This document shows, piece by piece, positions 1 to 17,127 of a stretch of DNA of 64,000 nucleotides. The notes beneath the pieces are model-generated. The model worked only from the letters and a program-made list of their open reading frames with translations, was not told where the DNA came from and did no database searches. How positions within the stretch are numbered: position 1 is the first letter of the stretch; every line of letters begins with the position of its first letter. The DNA is from the human T2T-CHM13v2.0 reference genome, Homo sapiens: NCBI RefSeq assembly GCF_009914755.1, contig NC_060933.1; one strand, 5' to 3'. The position numbers were made by a program, and so were the translations under genes.

Positions 1-1559
1 TCAAACTCTGGTCATAATCTGAATGAACATTTCTGTCTGTCTTTTTCTAAAGCTTTCCTCCTCATTACTTCAACTACTCTGTCTAGGAAAACTGAAATTT
101 AAATTTTCTTCCACTGGTTATTTCTGTATTCATAAAGCTTCAGAACTATCCTTGACGGTTCTGTTACAATCAATATTCTTTTCCCTCTATCAGCAGAATC
201 AAGTTGTTATTTGGAAATTAATTTACGTCATCTTTTTTTCAACTATTCACTAGATCATTTTGTCACCCACATTTCACAGTGTGACATCTTGTCAAAACCA
301 TTTTGCTGCAAGCCTTTTGAAACCAATTTCACAAGTCAAATGACTGGTCTATATACCAAGAGTAAATATCTTTGTAGTCAGCTAAAATGTTTCTGTCGTC
401 ATTTTTAATGTGGTTGTCCTGTAAGAGCAAAACACTCAATTTTGACAGACTCACATACCCAGATACAGGTATAAGACAGGTTTAAATGAATGTAGCTTTA
501 AATAAAAATTAGAATTGATTGCATATTTAGATGAAGCTAATTTAATAAAGCAATAAATATAACTCCATATGATAGAAATCATACCTCCGTAATTGTTTGC
601 TGTTGTCATGTCTGACACTTGATAAATTAGGAGGAAGGCTGCCTACTAGAATGTTAGAGAAGATCAGCGAATTGTCATCTTAGACATAGTGCAAAGATGG
701 TAGTCTCTCCATTGCCACCAATCAGAAGGAAAATTCATTTCCCTTCCATCAGTCTTCCTGTATAAAATTATGTGAATATTATTTTTTAAATAGTCAAATT
801 TCTCAGATTAAAGGACAGCTGTTTACTTTCCCAAAAAATTTAAATAAATATTCTGCTTTTAAAATATATTCTTGGAAACGTAAAACATTGACAAATGAAA
901 AACAGTCATTGAGTACTTAACCTAGATAGAGCAAAAATGTAAATGGAATGTCTTAAGAACACTTTCAGCAAATGAGCTCAATTGAGGCTATTTGCTTCTC
1001 TCCATGTAAAAGGAAAAGGCATTTTAAGTAGTTCACTTGAAGTTTTATTCTTGGACAGAAACACAACTTTATTGTACATTTAGGAAGGGATTTAAAGTTT
1101 TACTATATTTTTGGGTAGTACTTTACTATTTTCAAAATGCTCAAAGATTATAATCAATGTATAGAGAACGAGTAACAGTGAATATTATGTGGGACAAAAT
1201 TAGAAGATTATCTTTCCAGAATTGTGACAGGTAAAAATTAGTGTAATATAGTAAGGTTGGTTTTCTACAGAAATAATCCTCAATTACAGATGATTTGTTA
1301 AGGAGCTGTCTTTGAAAATAAGATACTTTTATAATCTCATTGAATGACTTAAAGTGGTATACAATAGCTCAATAAGGAACTAGACTGCAAGAGCGTTATT
1401 ACAAGATTCACTATGACATACTAATTTAAAGTGTTTACTGTCAAACCAACAATGTACAAGTCTGTATGGGATCAAGAAAATAAAAAGAAATATAGAGAAG
1501 AATAGTTTGTGTAACAAGTGATGCCTGCAACAGAGTAGCAATATCATTGAGTCATATTC

Positions 1560-3100
1560 TTTGTGTCCTTAGTTTGATCAAGCAGTGTCAGATTGCTCTT
1601 CACAACACCTGTACCAGTCTACACTCTCACCAACAGTGCATTCGAATTCTCACATCCCCACATTCCTGACATTTCTCCCAATAATCTAACATTTCAATTG
1701 TTATCACATTGAGATTTTTTTTTTTGTTTTGCTTTTGTCTAATTGGCAGTAAGATTGAACAATTAGTTATAATAACTTCTTTCCTTTATTGTAAATTGTC
1801 AGTTAAATGCTATTTCTATGTTTTTAAATAGGGATTTCTGGTTTTCCTTTTACTTTTTTTTTCTTGATTTATAAGACTTCTGTTTTTTACTAAATATTAT
1901 CCACATCTCAAATTTATATGGCTTCTCTGACACTGTCAAGTGTCACAAACATTGTTCATTATATCCAGTATTTTAAGTTATCGTACATAAAGGAATCTGT
2001 CTCTGATCTCTCTTTGTCATTGATCAAATTCATTGTATGAACTTGGACAATATCACACTATTTTGTTACTGTGAATTGGAGTATCTTTTTATTTGGTAGG
2101 ACAAAGCTCACTTCTTTTCTCTTCATTGTTATGTTTGACTTAATTTTCATGGAAAACTTCATGTAAATTTTAAAATAAGTTCATATTTCTTAAAAAGTAT
2201 TTATACAGAAATAGGGAGATTTTACAATTTCTGTTTTTCTAAGGACATGAAATGTTATTTGAATAAATTTGAGTCTTATTTTAGTCTGAAAATCTCTGTC
2301 TTCAAATTGGAGTATTTAGATCATTTACATTTAATATATATTTATATATATTTAATGTTGGTATTTAAGTCTACCATTGTACTGTTTGTTTTCTGTTTGT
2401 TTTTGTTTCTTATTCTTCTATTTCTCTGTTCTTGTCTTTCTGTAGATTATTTGCGAGTTTATTTTTATGATTCTATATTGACTTCTTTACAGTAGTATGT
2501 GAATACCACTTTGTATGGGTTTTTCTATGGTTGCTATTAGTATTAAAACATGTACATAACAACTTATCACAGTCTACTGGCATACATATTTTACAATTTT
2601 AATCAAAGTATAAACAACATTTGACTTCCATTTAGGTCCTTTTTTCCTCTCCATATTTTCCGTGTGATTTCCATAAACACATCAAATTCTGTTGTATTTT
2701 TTTCTTCTAATCATCAAATATTATTTAAAAATCTTATGGGTGAGGGTAGTCTATTTTATTTTATATTTTCCTTAATTTTATCTATTTATTGTTATTTTTT
2801 TCTCTGTCCTTGCCTTCCTCTAATTTTTTTTCCTAATTGGGAAAAATTTAGGCATTTTATGAGGGCAAATATGCCCATGACAAATTATCTTAATTTTCAT
2901 TTGCTTGAGAATGTTTTATTTCTCCTTCACTTTTTAAAGGATATTTTCACTGGATATAGAATGGAGAATTGACATTTATTATCTTTCAGAACTTTTAAAT
3001 AGTAATGGCCGTTATTTCTGGTCTCCGTAGTTTTAGATTTACAAATATATTCTGTTATTCAATTTGTTTTTCTCCTGTAAATAACCAACTATCTTTTTGA
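1560..3100 (-). mobile_element. Old, fragmented L1M (L1MC/L1ME-type) LINE-1 remnants
   Basis: Degenerate antisense L1 motifs, e.g. 'acactctcaccaacagtgca', 'gtcttcaaattggagtatttagatcatttacatttaat', 'aaggatattttcactggatataga'; boundaries approximate. Confidence 0.55.
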
Positions 3101-3718
3101 CATGCTATCATTTCCAATGTGTGACAGAAAACTTTAGCTTACCCTAGCATCTTTTACTTAACCTATAACCCAATTTATAAAAGTAGACTCCGCAAAGTTC
3201 TTCACCCTTATCAGAGTACTTTTCTTCAAAATACTTTTATTTGAAGGAGGACAAATTCAGAAGTGTAACTTGTATACTTGAGCACTTTTCTTGTACATGG
3301 CCCTCAGGGACACTTGTTTAGAGGGTGCCAGTCTCTGTGTATGACATCTGACCAACCAGCAGCAGCCACGTGCACCAGCCTTGAAACCATCTGTGTGTCT
3401 TGGCCTCACCTCTAGAGAGCTGATCCCTTATACCCTGCTCTATCTTTGCACTCGTTCAGTTAGTTTTGTAAGCCACGTATACTGGTGGATTTCTTTTCAG
3501 TTCTGAAAAAGCCTGCTCTGGAACAAAGAATCTGGACCTTGACTGTTTTTAAAACAAAAGTATTAGCTTATTGATTAAGGTCTATTCTTTGAACTGGCTG
3601 GGCCTCAGCCTCTAAAGCCGAAAGTATCTTCATTCCCTGACCTATGTGTATCTTCTTTCCAAGGTTAGATTTATAATCTTTTTTTTAGTAACTTCTACCT
3701 TTTTTTGCATTTCAATGA

Positions 3719-3721
<3 letters not shown>

Positions 3722-3763
<42 letters not shown>
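3722..3763. repeat. (AT)n microsatellite followed by TA/CA-rich low-complexity sequence
   Basis: Uninterrupted ATATAT run. Confidence 0.95.
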
Positions 3764-3767
<4 letters not shown>

Positions 3768-3937
3768 AAACAAAATATATATATACACACACACACGGAT
3801 ATTGTTTTAAGCCATTAATTTTGGGGTTGTTTGTTTTACTATATATATAGTAACATATATATATGTATGTTTTACTGTATACATATATATACAGTAGATT
3901 ATATATATACAGTAAAACAACAAATATATATATAGAG

Positions 3938-4399
3938 AGTAAAACAAACTACCCCAAAATTAATGACTTAAAACAATATCCATGTATATATCTCACAATT
4001 CTATCAGTTGCAAATTTGGATAGGACTCAGATAAGAGTTTTTCTGCTCTCTTCTGGGCATACAAAATCAAATGATGGTATGGCTGCCTGGCTAATATGTT
4101 GAATGGTTTATCTCTGCCCCATGTGGTTTCTCATTATCTAGCCAACTAGTCCACAACTTTCCACATGTCAGTATCATGGTCTCAAGATCAAGAACAGAAA
4201 CATACAAAACCTCTTGAGGTCTTGGGCAGGACTGGCACATCATTTCCGCCACATTCTGTAGGCCAAAATGAATCAATAGAATGATACAATCCAATGAAGT
4301 AGGGAGATAGGCTCCATTTCTTGATGAGATTTATAGTCATATTATAGACACACGTACTGGCAGGGGATAAATTCTGGCCAACTTTGCAATCCAGCACAT
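3938..4399 (-). mobile_element. MLT1-family (MLT1H-like) ERVL-MaLR solo LTR
   Basis: 'aacaaactaccccaaaattaatgacttaaaacaa' start, 'catttccgccacattctgtaggccaaa' internal motif and 'tttgcaatccagcaca' end resemble an antisense MLT1 LTR. Confidence 0.7.
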
Positions 4400-6337
4400 A
4401 GATTACTTTTGCATATTTTTGTTCCTTCATTTTAACTTCTATTTATTTTATTTTAAATATAATTTTTATAATCTTTTTTCAAATTATTCTATTTACATTT
4501 TTGTATTATTTTATTATTAATTATATTTTATTCTTTTCCAGTGATGATTATTTTGTAGCATAATTGGTGGATTTCATTGTCAGATCAGTAGAAATAGTGT
4601 GTGTGCGTCCATGTGTGGGTAGTAGTGAGGAAAGAACTCTTATTTCCCCTGCAAGTTTTGCTAAAGAGTGAGGACTTTTGTATTTTCTTTTTTCTAATTG
4701 TCTGTAGAATTCTATTAGTTCAAGGATGTTTTTGGAAGACCCCCACGTAACACAAGTGCTGACAAATTTTACTCTAGTCTATACCCACACAGTAAAACTT
4801 TTTTTCTTCTCAAAATATTAAGCAGAGATAATTATTTCTGTTCTATCTCTGTGCCAATAGTAAACTTTTTCCTAATCCGCATTCACTACTATGAAGACTT
4901 TTAGACTCAGCTGGTTAGGCCTCTAAGCTTCAGCTTCCCAGTTTGGGCATGGGATGATAAAATACTGGCCTGAAATTTCTTTGTATTGTTTATATCCCTA
5001 GTGTTTGGCGTATTTTCATATTATCAGCTTGTAGATTTATGTCTCTTTCCTGAAACCACTGGCATAATTTTTTTTCCTTTATATTTAAATTTTTAATTGT
5101 TGCATTTATACCATATGTAAAACAATCTATATGTTCAGAGCAAATGGCTATTCTATATTAGTTCTGTCTAAAACTATTCCTAAACTGTTAAGACATTTTT
5201 CTCCTTTTGTCTGAACTTATCAGGACTATAGTACACACTGTGATCAGTAGTAGCAGCCCAGTATGAAAATTTACCTTAGTGTTTTTGTAAACCATACATG
5301 GCTATCTTAAACATTAGGTCGTGCTTCCATTTTATTTGAATCATGAGGTTTTTATTAACAAATATTTGTTTTAAGGAAACATATTATCTCCTGTTATACG
5401 CGGCTTTCAAAGTCACTGCAACATCACAACTCAGGCGTGCTGTACCTAGCTAATGTCACTGCTAAAGCTCTGAGTTTTTCTATTGTCATGCTCCTTATAT
5501 CTTGTCTCAATATGATACATGGTTTTACTAACCAGTAGAACTCTCATGTTTATGTGAGCACCTTGCATAGTTTGGTAGTTTTCAGAAAAAGTCATTGATC
5601 CTTTCCTCAGCACACTGTAATTTTAGGGCCAGGAATGTCTATTTCAATTATACCTAATATATTCTTTTCATAGTAGAGTAGAAAACTATTACCCAAACTG
5701 AATTCCAATGAATATAATTTCCTAGGAGTGACTGAGTGAAAAAAAATAAACTAAACTAAAATGATGCAGGTTATCAAATACACACTGTCCCATTTGGGAG
5801 TATTTACAATGCATATTCTTCTAATGCCCCTGAAAATCCTATCAGAAAAAAAACTTGGTTTCATCTTCTTAATACTTTATTTTATAAGTTAGTTTTTCCA
5901 GAAAAAAAGAAAAAAAAACTTTTGTTTTTCTCCCTGAAACATCTTTTCATACCCAAGAGAAAGAATGATCTTGTAATTTAAGGGAGGCATTTTGTTCAAT
6001 GTTTGAGTGTGTTTTCAACAAAACTTTAAGTTACACGCAAGCTATTTGTATCTTAAGTTTTGTAGATTCACGACTATAGAGGAACTCAAATTTATGATGG
6101 AATCTTTATCTTTTCTGAGTAAACTTTTCTTGATACTTTCTCCTCCATATGTCTGTGGAGATAACTACTTATATGTTGTTGGTCTGTACTACCTAAATGA
6201 GAATAAAACATCTATCACTACATCTTTGTCTATTAGTATATCCATATCCACCTATATACATGTTTATCTTATGGATTCTTTTTATTTTTCCTTTGCAATA
6301 AAGTATACCATTGTATTGACTTAAAAAGCTTTCAAAT

Positions 6338-6504
6338 GCTGGGTATAGTGATGCACCTGTAGTTCCAGCAACTTGGTAGGCTAAGACAGGAGGATCACTT
6401 GAGGCCAGGAGTTTGAGGCTGTAGTCCACTATGGTCATGCTTGTGAACAGACATTGCACCTCCAGCCTGAGCTATATAGTGAGTAAAAAAAAAAAAAAAA
6501 AAAA
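6338..6504 (+). mobile_element. FAM-like fossil Alu monomer with poly(A) tail
   Basis: Single monomer; 'gaggctgtagtccactatggtcatgcttgtgaacagacattgcacctccagcctgagc' matches the FAM-type 'GCTGTAGTGCGCTATGATCGCGCCTGTGAATAGCCACTGCACTCCAGCCTGAGC'; A20 tail. Confidence 0.75.
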
Positions 6505-8104
6505 GGTCTGAGAGAATTTAGATTCTGAGATCCAGCATCATCTTATTTTGCTCGTCCTTCAATGACTAGCTTAAATTCAGCTTACTCCGTAATCACTCCA
6601 AAGTTGTTCTGTCTTGAACCATCTTTATTAACATAATGGTGGTTTTATAAGGGTATTCTTCCTGCTTCCTAGTCTTTTTTATGTATCTTGAAAAGTCCAA
6701 CTCTATATGTCTTATTAAATTTTTATCCTATCTTGGATTAATTAGTCACCCCAACTCCAGTGAATTCTCACAAATATTCCGGTGCTTTATTTTTGCCAAA
6801 TTTTTATTGTTTGTGATAATAAATATAGGAAAAATATAATACCATTATAAAGATAAAAGTGATTAAAAATACCTATGTCACTTTGCCAAGAAAAATTAAT
6901 TGTATTCCAAACATTAAAATAATCATTTTTAAATAAAATGCTTATATAACTGACAAATTTCTGTGTCCTTTCCACTATCGTTAGAAACATGGCACAAAAC
7001 AATAACAGAAAAGGGAAGAACACATCGTCGTAAGAATAGATTGGGTTGGATGAGGCCTGTTCTGCTTCCTGCATGGCTCTAGAAGAGAGGAGGTCACTTA
7101 ATGATTATTCTGTCAGATATTTTGCATTGCTATTTTGCTCGTCTTGCAAGAGAAGGGGATGGGGAGATTTTGTATCCCTTACACATATGCTGAGTCTGCA
7201 TCAGGGAACTAAATTATCATTCCAAACTAGTCAAAAAAAAAAAAATAACTGAAGGAGAAAAATCTAAAACAATAGGAAGGGTTAATTCATGACATGTTCC
7301 TGAACTTTTACTAAACTGTTCCATGTTCTACTCACTGGGCTCAGTATTATTGATACAAATGGAGAAACAGAGTTTGTGATTCTCTCTGGTCTTCTATATA
7401 TTATCTAAAATTATACTCTTATGCTGAATTATCTTTGATTTTCTTCAACCAATACACTATGCTACATCTCTCTTGTATCTGAATCTTTTCAACCTTCTAG
7501 GATTAACTCCTCACACCATCCAGGAAGTAAGTGTTTTATGATTTTTACACATTGGCCATGACTTAGTCTTTTTATGTTTCAGAAGCACCCTAATATAACA
7601 CCAGCTGGAAATCTTTACATGTTTACCTATTTTTCAACCACTCACGCGGAATTCTAATCTCCCAGTATCTACCCTATACCCTTGAAGCAGAATTGGCAAT
7701 ATTTCTTAAGGTACCATGTGGAGAAATGTAATCCTAAAGTGAACATGAAAAATGATGCATGCACTACAAATTTAAATGCTGCACTTCATGAGTTCAGTTT
7801 GAAGGAAAAAAATATATATTGTTGCATAAACTCTGAATCTTTTTGGAAGAAGAAAAGATATTGTACAGAAATTAATAAGTTATTTCAAAGAGCATAAAAG
7901 GCAGTGAATTTATTGGCACTTATGATTAAATGTGATATAAAAATGGACTATGTTAGGGAATTGTACTTTAATTTTATTGTGAATTTAGGTGTTGCATTTT
8001 AGCATACATAATTTCAAGTAATTCATAATACACAATTTGTTTTTGCTATAAGATTCTGAAAAGAGAAGAAGTAGTACTGCATATACTCATCAAAAAAGTA
8101 CTGA

Positions 8105-8230
8105 ATTTATTTATTCACTCATGAATTTATCTAGTATTTGCTAAGCCTCTCCTGTCTCTCTCAGGAACTCTGCAAGGTTACTGTGATTACAGAATGCTAT
8201 AAATGGGCTTAGTTGCTCTGTACCTGCTTT
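8105..8230 (-). mobile_element. L2 3' end fragment
   Basis: 'tttattcactcatgaatttatctagtatttgctaagcctctcctgt...ggaactctgcaagg' resembles an antisense L2 tail. Confidence 0.45.
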
Positions 8231-8449
8231 TAAAGGGGCTTTCATGAAATTGTTATTTGTTTGAAAATCAACAATTCCCATTTTTCTCAGCATGGAAAAA
8301 TGATCTAAATAATAATAAAGGAAACTCTGGTAACTTTACCTTGGTACCACTTATATCATTCTCTATTCTGATGATTGGGCAAATTAGCTAAGCTTCCTTA
8401 ACCAGGGCTCCTCTTTTGTTTATGCTTCTTGAAACCATTTTAAATATCT

Positions 8450-8665
8450 GAAATATGCCAGGCACAAGGTTAAGCACAAGTTTATATGAATTATCTCATG
8501 TCATATTCTTATTGACAATAAGAATAAATATTTATTTCTCATTTGCAAGCGAGGAAATTACAAAACAGAAGTTAAATTCATTGTCCAGAATTACTTAGGC
8601 TAGTAGAAATTAGAACCAGTATTTAAAACAGGCTTACATGGCTAAAGTAGAGCTCTAACTCTTAC
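8450..8665 (-). mobile_element. MIR SINE
   Basis: 'atatgccaggcac...attatctcat...ctcatttgcaagcgaggaaattac...gttaaattcattgtccagaattac' is the antisense MIR core. Confidence 0.65.
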
Positions 8666-9159
8666 TATGAAGCTACCTGCTTCCTCTGGTGATGTTGGGC
8701 CTTCCACATAGAGGTGTTTTGAGGATTCATCAGTAATTAAGAAAATATCTATAAGTTCTAATGAACATTACAAATGCAAGGCATGTATTTACAATTTACT
8801 TGAACTGATTGTTTCTCTAAAAAGCATTATTAATTTGTATGTAAATCAACATCTATTATAAGAAATTCCCTCTTTATTTTATATTTTGATTTATTCTTAA
8901 ATAATTTTATGTACATAACTATGTATTTACAGTTACACAAAATAAAGCAGAGATACATAAATATAAATTGAGCCAATCAAAAATAAATAAAAATGAATTA
9001 AATAAAGAAAAAAAATTTAACTTTCCATTCTTAAAATAATATGAAAAGAAAGGAAAAGTTTGCAGATATTTAAAAACATAATCAACGATGATATTTATTT
9101 ATTTATTTGAGTTATAAATTATAAACTTATTGTCAAAATCCATGTGGCAGGAATCCAGA

Positions 9160-9891
9160 TTGTCTTTTCTTAAGCTGACAAAATGTTATTCCCCTTCATT
9201 TCTGAAGGATAGCTTTACAAGCTGTAGATTTCATTACTAACATTTGTTTTCTAGCTATATTTCCTTCTGGCTTCCATAGCATCATGGACTGTTTTAATAA
9301 CAAGAATAAATCTATTGTTATTCAAATTGATATACCCATTATAATTAAGACATCATTTCTCTCTGGCTGCTTTCAATATTTTAAAAGCGTTTATTTTCAA
9401 AAGTTGTTTATGATGCGTATTGGAGTGAATTTCTTTGGATTTCTTTCTGATTATCATATTTGGGTTCAAGAAATAGTCACTTATATCTGTAGGTTTGTGT
9501 CTTTTCCTAATTTTGGGAAGTTTCCAGCCATCATGTATTCAAATACTCTTTCAAAAACACACTTTTCCTCTCCTTCTAAGACTCTGATAGTATAAATGCT
9601 GGATGTTTTGCATTGTTCCACAGGTCTCTGAGGCTTTGATCATTTTATCTTTTCAGTCTATTTTCTCTATATTTCAGACTGAATGTATTCTACTGTTCTT
9701 TCTTTAAGTTCACTGATTCTATCTTCTGTTTGCACTCTAGCCCATCCTATGAGTATTTTTTAATGTTGTCATTGTATTTTGTAATTCTGTAACTTTGATT
9801 TGTATGTTTCTTATTTTGCTAAGATTTTCTTTTTACATTTTTTTGAAGATAATACGTATTTGATTGTTGAAGCATTTTTAATGAGAGCTGA
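9160..9891 (-). mobile_element. Old L1M 5'/ORF1-region fragment, host of the L1PA insertion (resumes after 14327)
   Basis: 'ttcatttctgaaggatagcttta', 'ttttgggaagtttccagccat', 'cacaggtctctgaggct', 'ctttaagttcactgattct' are antisense L1M ORF1-region motifs. Confidence 0.65.
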
Positions 9892-10109
9892 TTTTTTTTT
9901 TTAAATTATACTTTAAGTTTTAGGGTACATGGGCACAACGTGCAGGTTTGTAACATATGTATACAGGTGCCATGTTGGTGTGCTGCACTGATTAACTTGT
10001 CATTTAACATTAGGTATATCTCCTAATGCTATCCTTCCCCCCTGCCCCCACCCCACAACACTCCCTGGTGTGTGATGTTCCCCTTCCTGTGTCCATGTGT
10101 TCTCATTGT

Positions 10110-13931
<3,822 letters not shown>

Positions 13932-13994
13932 TATGATGTTAGCTGGTTATTTTGCTCGTTAGTTGATTCAGTTTCTTCCTAGCCTCGATGGTCT

Positions 13995-14327
13995 TTACAA
14001 CTTGGCAGGTTTTTGTAGTGGCTGGTACCGGTTGTTCCTTTCCATGTTTAATGCTTCCTGCAGGAGCTCTTTTAGGGCAGGCCTGGTAATGACAAAATCT
14101 CTCAGCATTTGCTTGTTTGTAAAGTATTTTATTTCTCTTTCACTTATGAAGCTTAGTTTGGCTGGATATGAAATTCTGGGTTCAAAATTCTTTTCTTTAT
14201 GAGTGTTGAATATTGGCCCCCACTGTCTTCTGGCTTGTAGAGTTTCTGCCGAGAGATCAGCTGTTAGTCTGATGGGCTTCCCTTTATGAGTAACCCGACC
14301 TTTCTCTGTGGCTGCCCTTAACATTTT
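13995..14327 (-). pseudogene. L1 ORF1p C-terminal remnant
   Basis: MLRAATEKGRVTHKGKPIRLTADLSAETLQARRQWGPIF...YPAKLSF...QKPAKL*. Confidence 0.9.
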
Positions 14328-15269
14328 AATCTTTGTCAGATAACCCCACCACCTCTGCCTGCAAAGGATCATATCTTTCAGTTTCATTATCTCTTGTGTC
14401 CTTACCAAGTTTATAGTTTTGCTTAGCAGGCCGGAGGAAAAAGGTAAGAGGTCTGTGATATCTTGTTTGGTCAGGATGTCCCATATTAACTTCACTAATC
14501 ATCAGAGATATAAATCCAGGATGATGTGCAATAGAACAATTGCTAATTATCTTTCTATGAATTTTCAGGGTACTTGATAATTATTGTCATCTTATTGAGA
14601 ATAAGTAGAGAAAATAAATGGACCATTCAAATTACTTAATAATCTACCAGTTCTTTTCCTGAAATGTATTATTTAGCTTTTTCCATGTCGGGAAAGTCTG
14701 GTTTCACTTTTGCATAAATTGCATATTACAACAGATTTCTTATAAAAATTAAATGACTTAAGCTGTGTAAAAACCTGGAAACTTAACAGCAGAAATTTAA
14801 TTATAGCTAAATCCACTGGATGTGACCTCCTAACAGTGATCAGGTTTATGAATTGAGGAAGGATATTTATAGTAACATTGATAAGTCTTTGAAGATAGAT
14901 CTGGTTTTGATGTTCAGGTTTCAATCTTTTAAAATATATTTACTGTTAATTTACTGTGTTCTGGTCACTATATTAAGTACTAAGATGCAAAGATGAAAAG
15001 ATAGACACAGTTCTGCCCCCCAGAACCCACATTATATTTGGGGGAAATATAATTTTAAAATGATTTTATGAAGTATATAATTTCCATAATAGGTAAAGTA
15101 AAATCAATGAAGAAACATTTAGGCAAGGTTTAGTCTAAACTGGATATGTTCATTTTAGAAGTCACAGTTAAAAGACAACATGTATTTTTGGAGTAAGAGG
15201 GAAAAAAACAAATGTAGTGTACAAAATGGAGTAGTAAGCAATAAACTACCGAGAAATTTATCTTTTACA

Positions 15270-15450
15270 GTTGTATAATTTTAAGTAATTAATTTAACTC
15301 CTGTTAAATTCAATTTCCTACTCTGATGAAAGGAAAAAAGTGATGTTCACGCCTTCTCCAAAAGATGAAAATTGCTAGGATGATATTTATAATGCGCTTA
15401 ACACATTACAGTGTATAAAATATCTGTTCAATAAGTATTTACTGTTACCG
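15270..15450 (+). mobile_element. MIR fragment
   Basis: 'ttaagtaattaatttaactcctg...caatttcctactctg...tgttcaataagtatttactgtta'. Confidence 0.45.
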
Positions 15451-15639
15451 TTATAATTATTTAGAAAGTATTTTAATTAGGTAAAACAGAGGATGGAATT
15501 TGAAGATTAAATGAAAACAAGGTACTCACATTTTGGTTTTATATTGTTCCAAATAAGACGATGGTGAGCAAACCTCTATTTTGTGAGGGAAGCTTCAATG
15601 GGAGAAAAGGAAAAGGGCTTTGGCCTCATCTCCCATGAT

Positions 15640-16872
15640 CAGCAAAATTTGACATTTTGAGCATCCTTTCTTCCTTAAAATGTATTCTACACTTGGCTTC
15701 CAGGATACTACATTGCCCCTATCATAACTGCTTCGATCATTGGCCAACTTTTCAGACTACTTTGCTGGTTGTTTCTAATTTCCCTCATTTGGCAATTCCT
15801 TTGACTTTTCCCTGCCCTCCTTTTAAATCTATTTCATTCTATTCATGATTTCATTCAGCAAGTAGGCTTTAAGTAGTATGTGTATTGATGTTTCTCAAAA
15901 TTATACCTTTATTTCAGAAGCTCTTCTCTGCCTTTTTAACTTACATTTCTAACTATATACTCAATATGTCTTTTTGCATGTCATATAGGCATCACATATG
16001 CAGTGTACCAAATATTGAGCTCATGAACTTTTTCCCATATTTGCTGTTTCCAAAATCATTTTCATCTAAATTAGTGAGAAATTAATTATTCCTATTCTTT
16101 AGCAGAACAAACAAAACCCCAAAGCTTTAAAATTGGCTTCAATTCCTTTCTCTTACTGTACTCACTTAATAAGACAATAACTTCTTTAGGGTTTAAAATT
16201 TATCCAGAACTCTCATTGCTTCCACTGCAATTGTCATGGGTCAAGCCAACATTATCTTTCACCTGGATTATGACAGGAGCCTAACTTCACCTGTTTTCCT
16301 AACATAGCAGTGTTAAACTTAAGTTAGAACAAGTCACATCTCTGCCCAACACTAACAGCTGCCATCCCTCTAAGTATAAGCCAGGGTCAGTAAAAAAGTC
16401 AACAAGTCCTTTTATGGTCTTTGCCTCCCCTCCACCTCACCTCTTCTCACTGTCCCTGTCAGTCACTCAAGTCCAGTGAAACTGATCTCCATGTTCTTCA
16501 CACCCCACAAGCATACTTTCTGCTGAGAGAAGTGGGTTGGATTTGCTGCTCCCTTTACCTCTACTTGCTCTGAGATTGGTGCAGCTCCCTTATCACCTAC
16601 TCTTTGATCTTCTTTGGGAGAACTTTGTTAACTGTCCTGTTTAATTTCTTAATCTCCTTGTTACTCTGAAGAGATGCTCTCTGCTTTATAATTTTCGGTA
16701 CCACTTTTCATCATAACAAAATAGCATTGTTAATATATTTATAGATTTATTACCTGTCTCCTGACATGAAAATCCAATTTCCATGAAGGCAAGAATTGTG
16801 TTTTCTTTGTCTTTATTCACTAGTACCTAGATCATATGCCTAGCAAATACTCAGTAAATATTTATTACATGT
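15640..16872 (+). mobile_element. L2 (L2a-like) 3' portion
   Basis: 'cacttggcttccaggatac', 'cacctggattatgacaggagccta', and tail 'ccatgaaggcaagaattgtg...ttattcac...atactcagtaaatatttatt'. Confidence 0.7.
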
Positions 16873-17127
16873 TTAAAATAGTGTCTTCTGGATATACACA
16901 ATATTATTTGTTGTCATTAACTGATAAATTATCTGGTTAGCATTTTTTAACATGTTGCTGTATCTACCTATAGCTTTTGGGAACATGAGCAATTTTCTGG
17001 ACTCTGAAGACCATTCACTTTCTGGTCTCACCTGGCCACCTGGCTCCTTTTATTGTTTCCTCCATCCGTACACAAATTTACTGGTAATTTCCTCCAACTA
17101 AATACTGTTATTTCACACTTTCTTTCC

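Noticed and set aside
3240-3700. Locally GC-richer block as an exon or promoter
   Set aside because: No ORF, CpG island or paired splice sites; it may be an old LTR that I cannot identify.
23-9595. Numerous 60-105 aa ORFs as real genes
   Set aside because: They are low-complexity F/L/I/Y-rich translations of AT-rich or antisense-L1 DNA, many with non-ATG starts and no recognisable domains.
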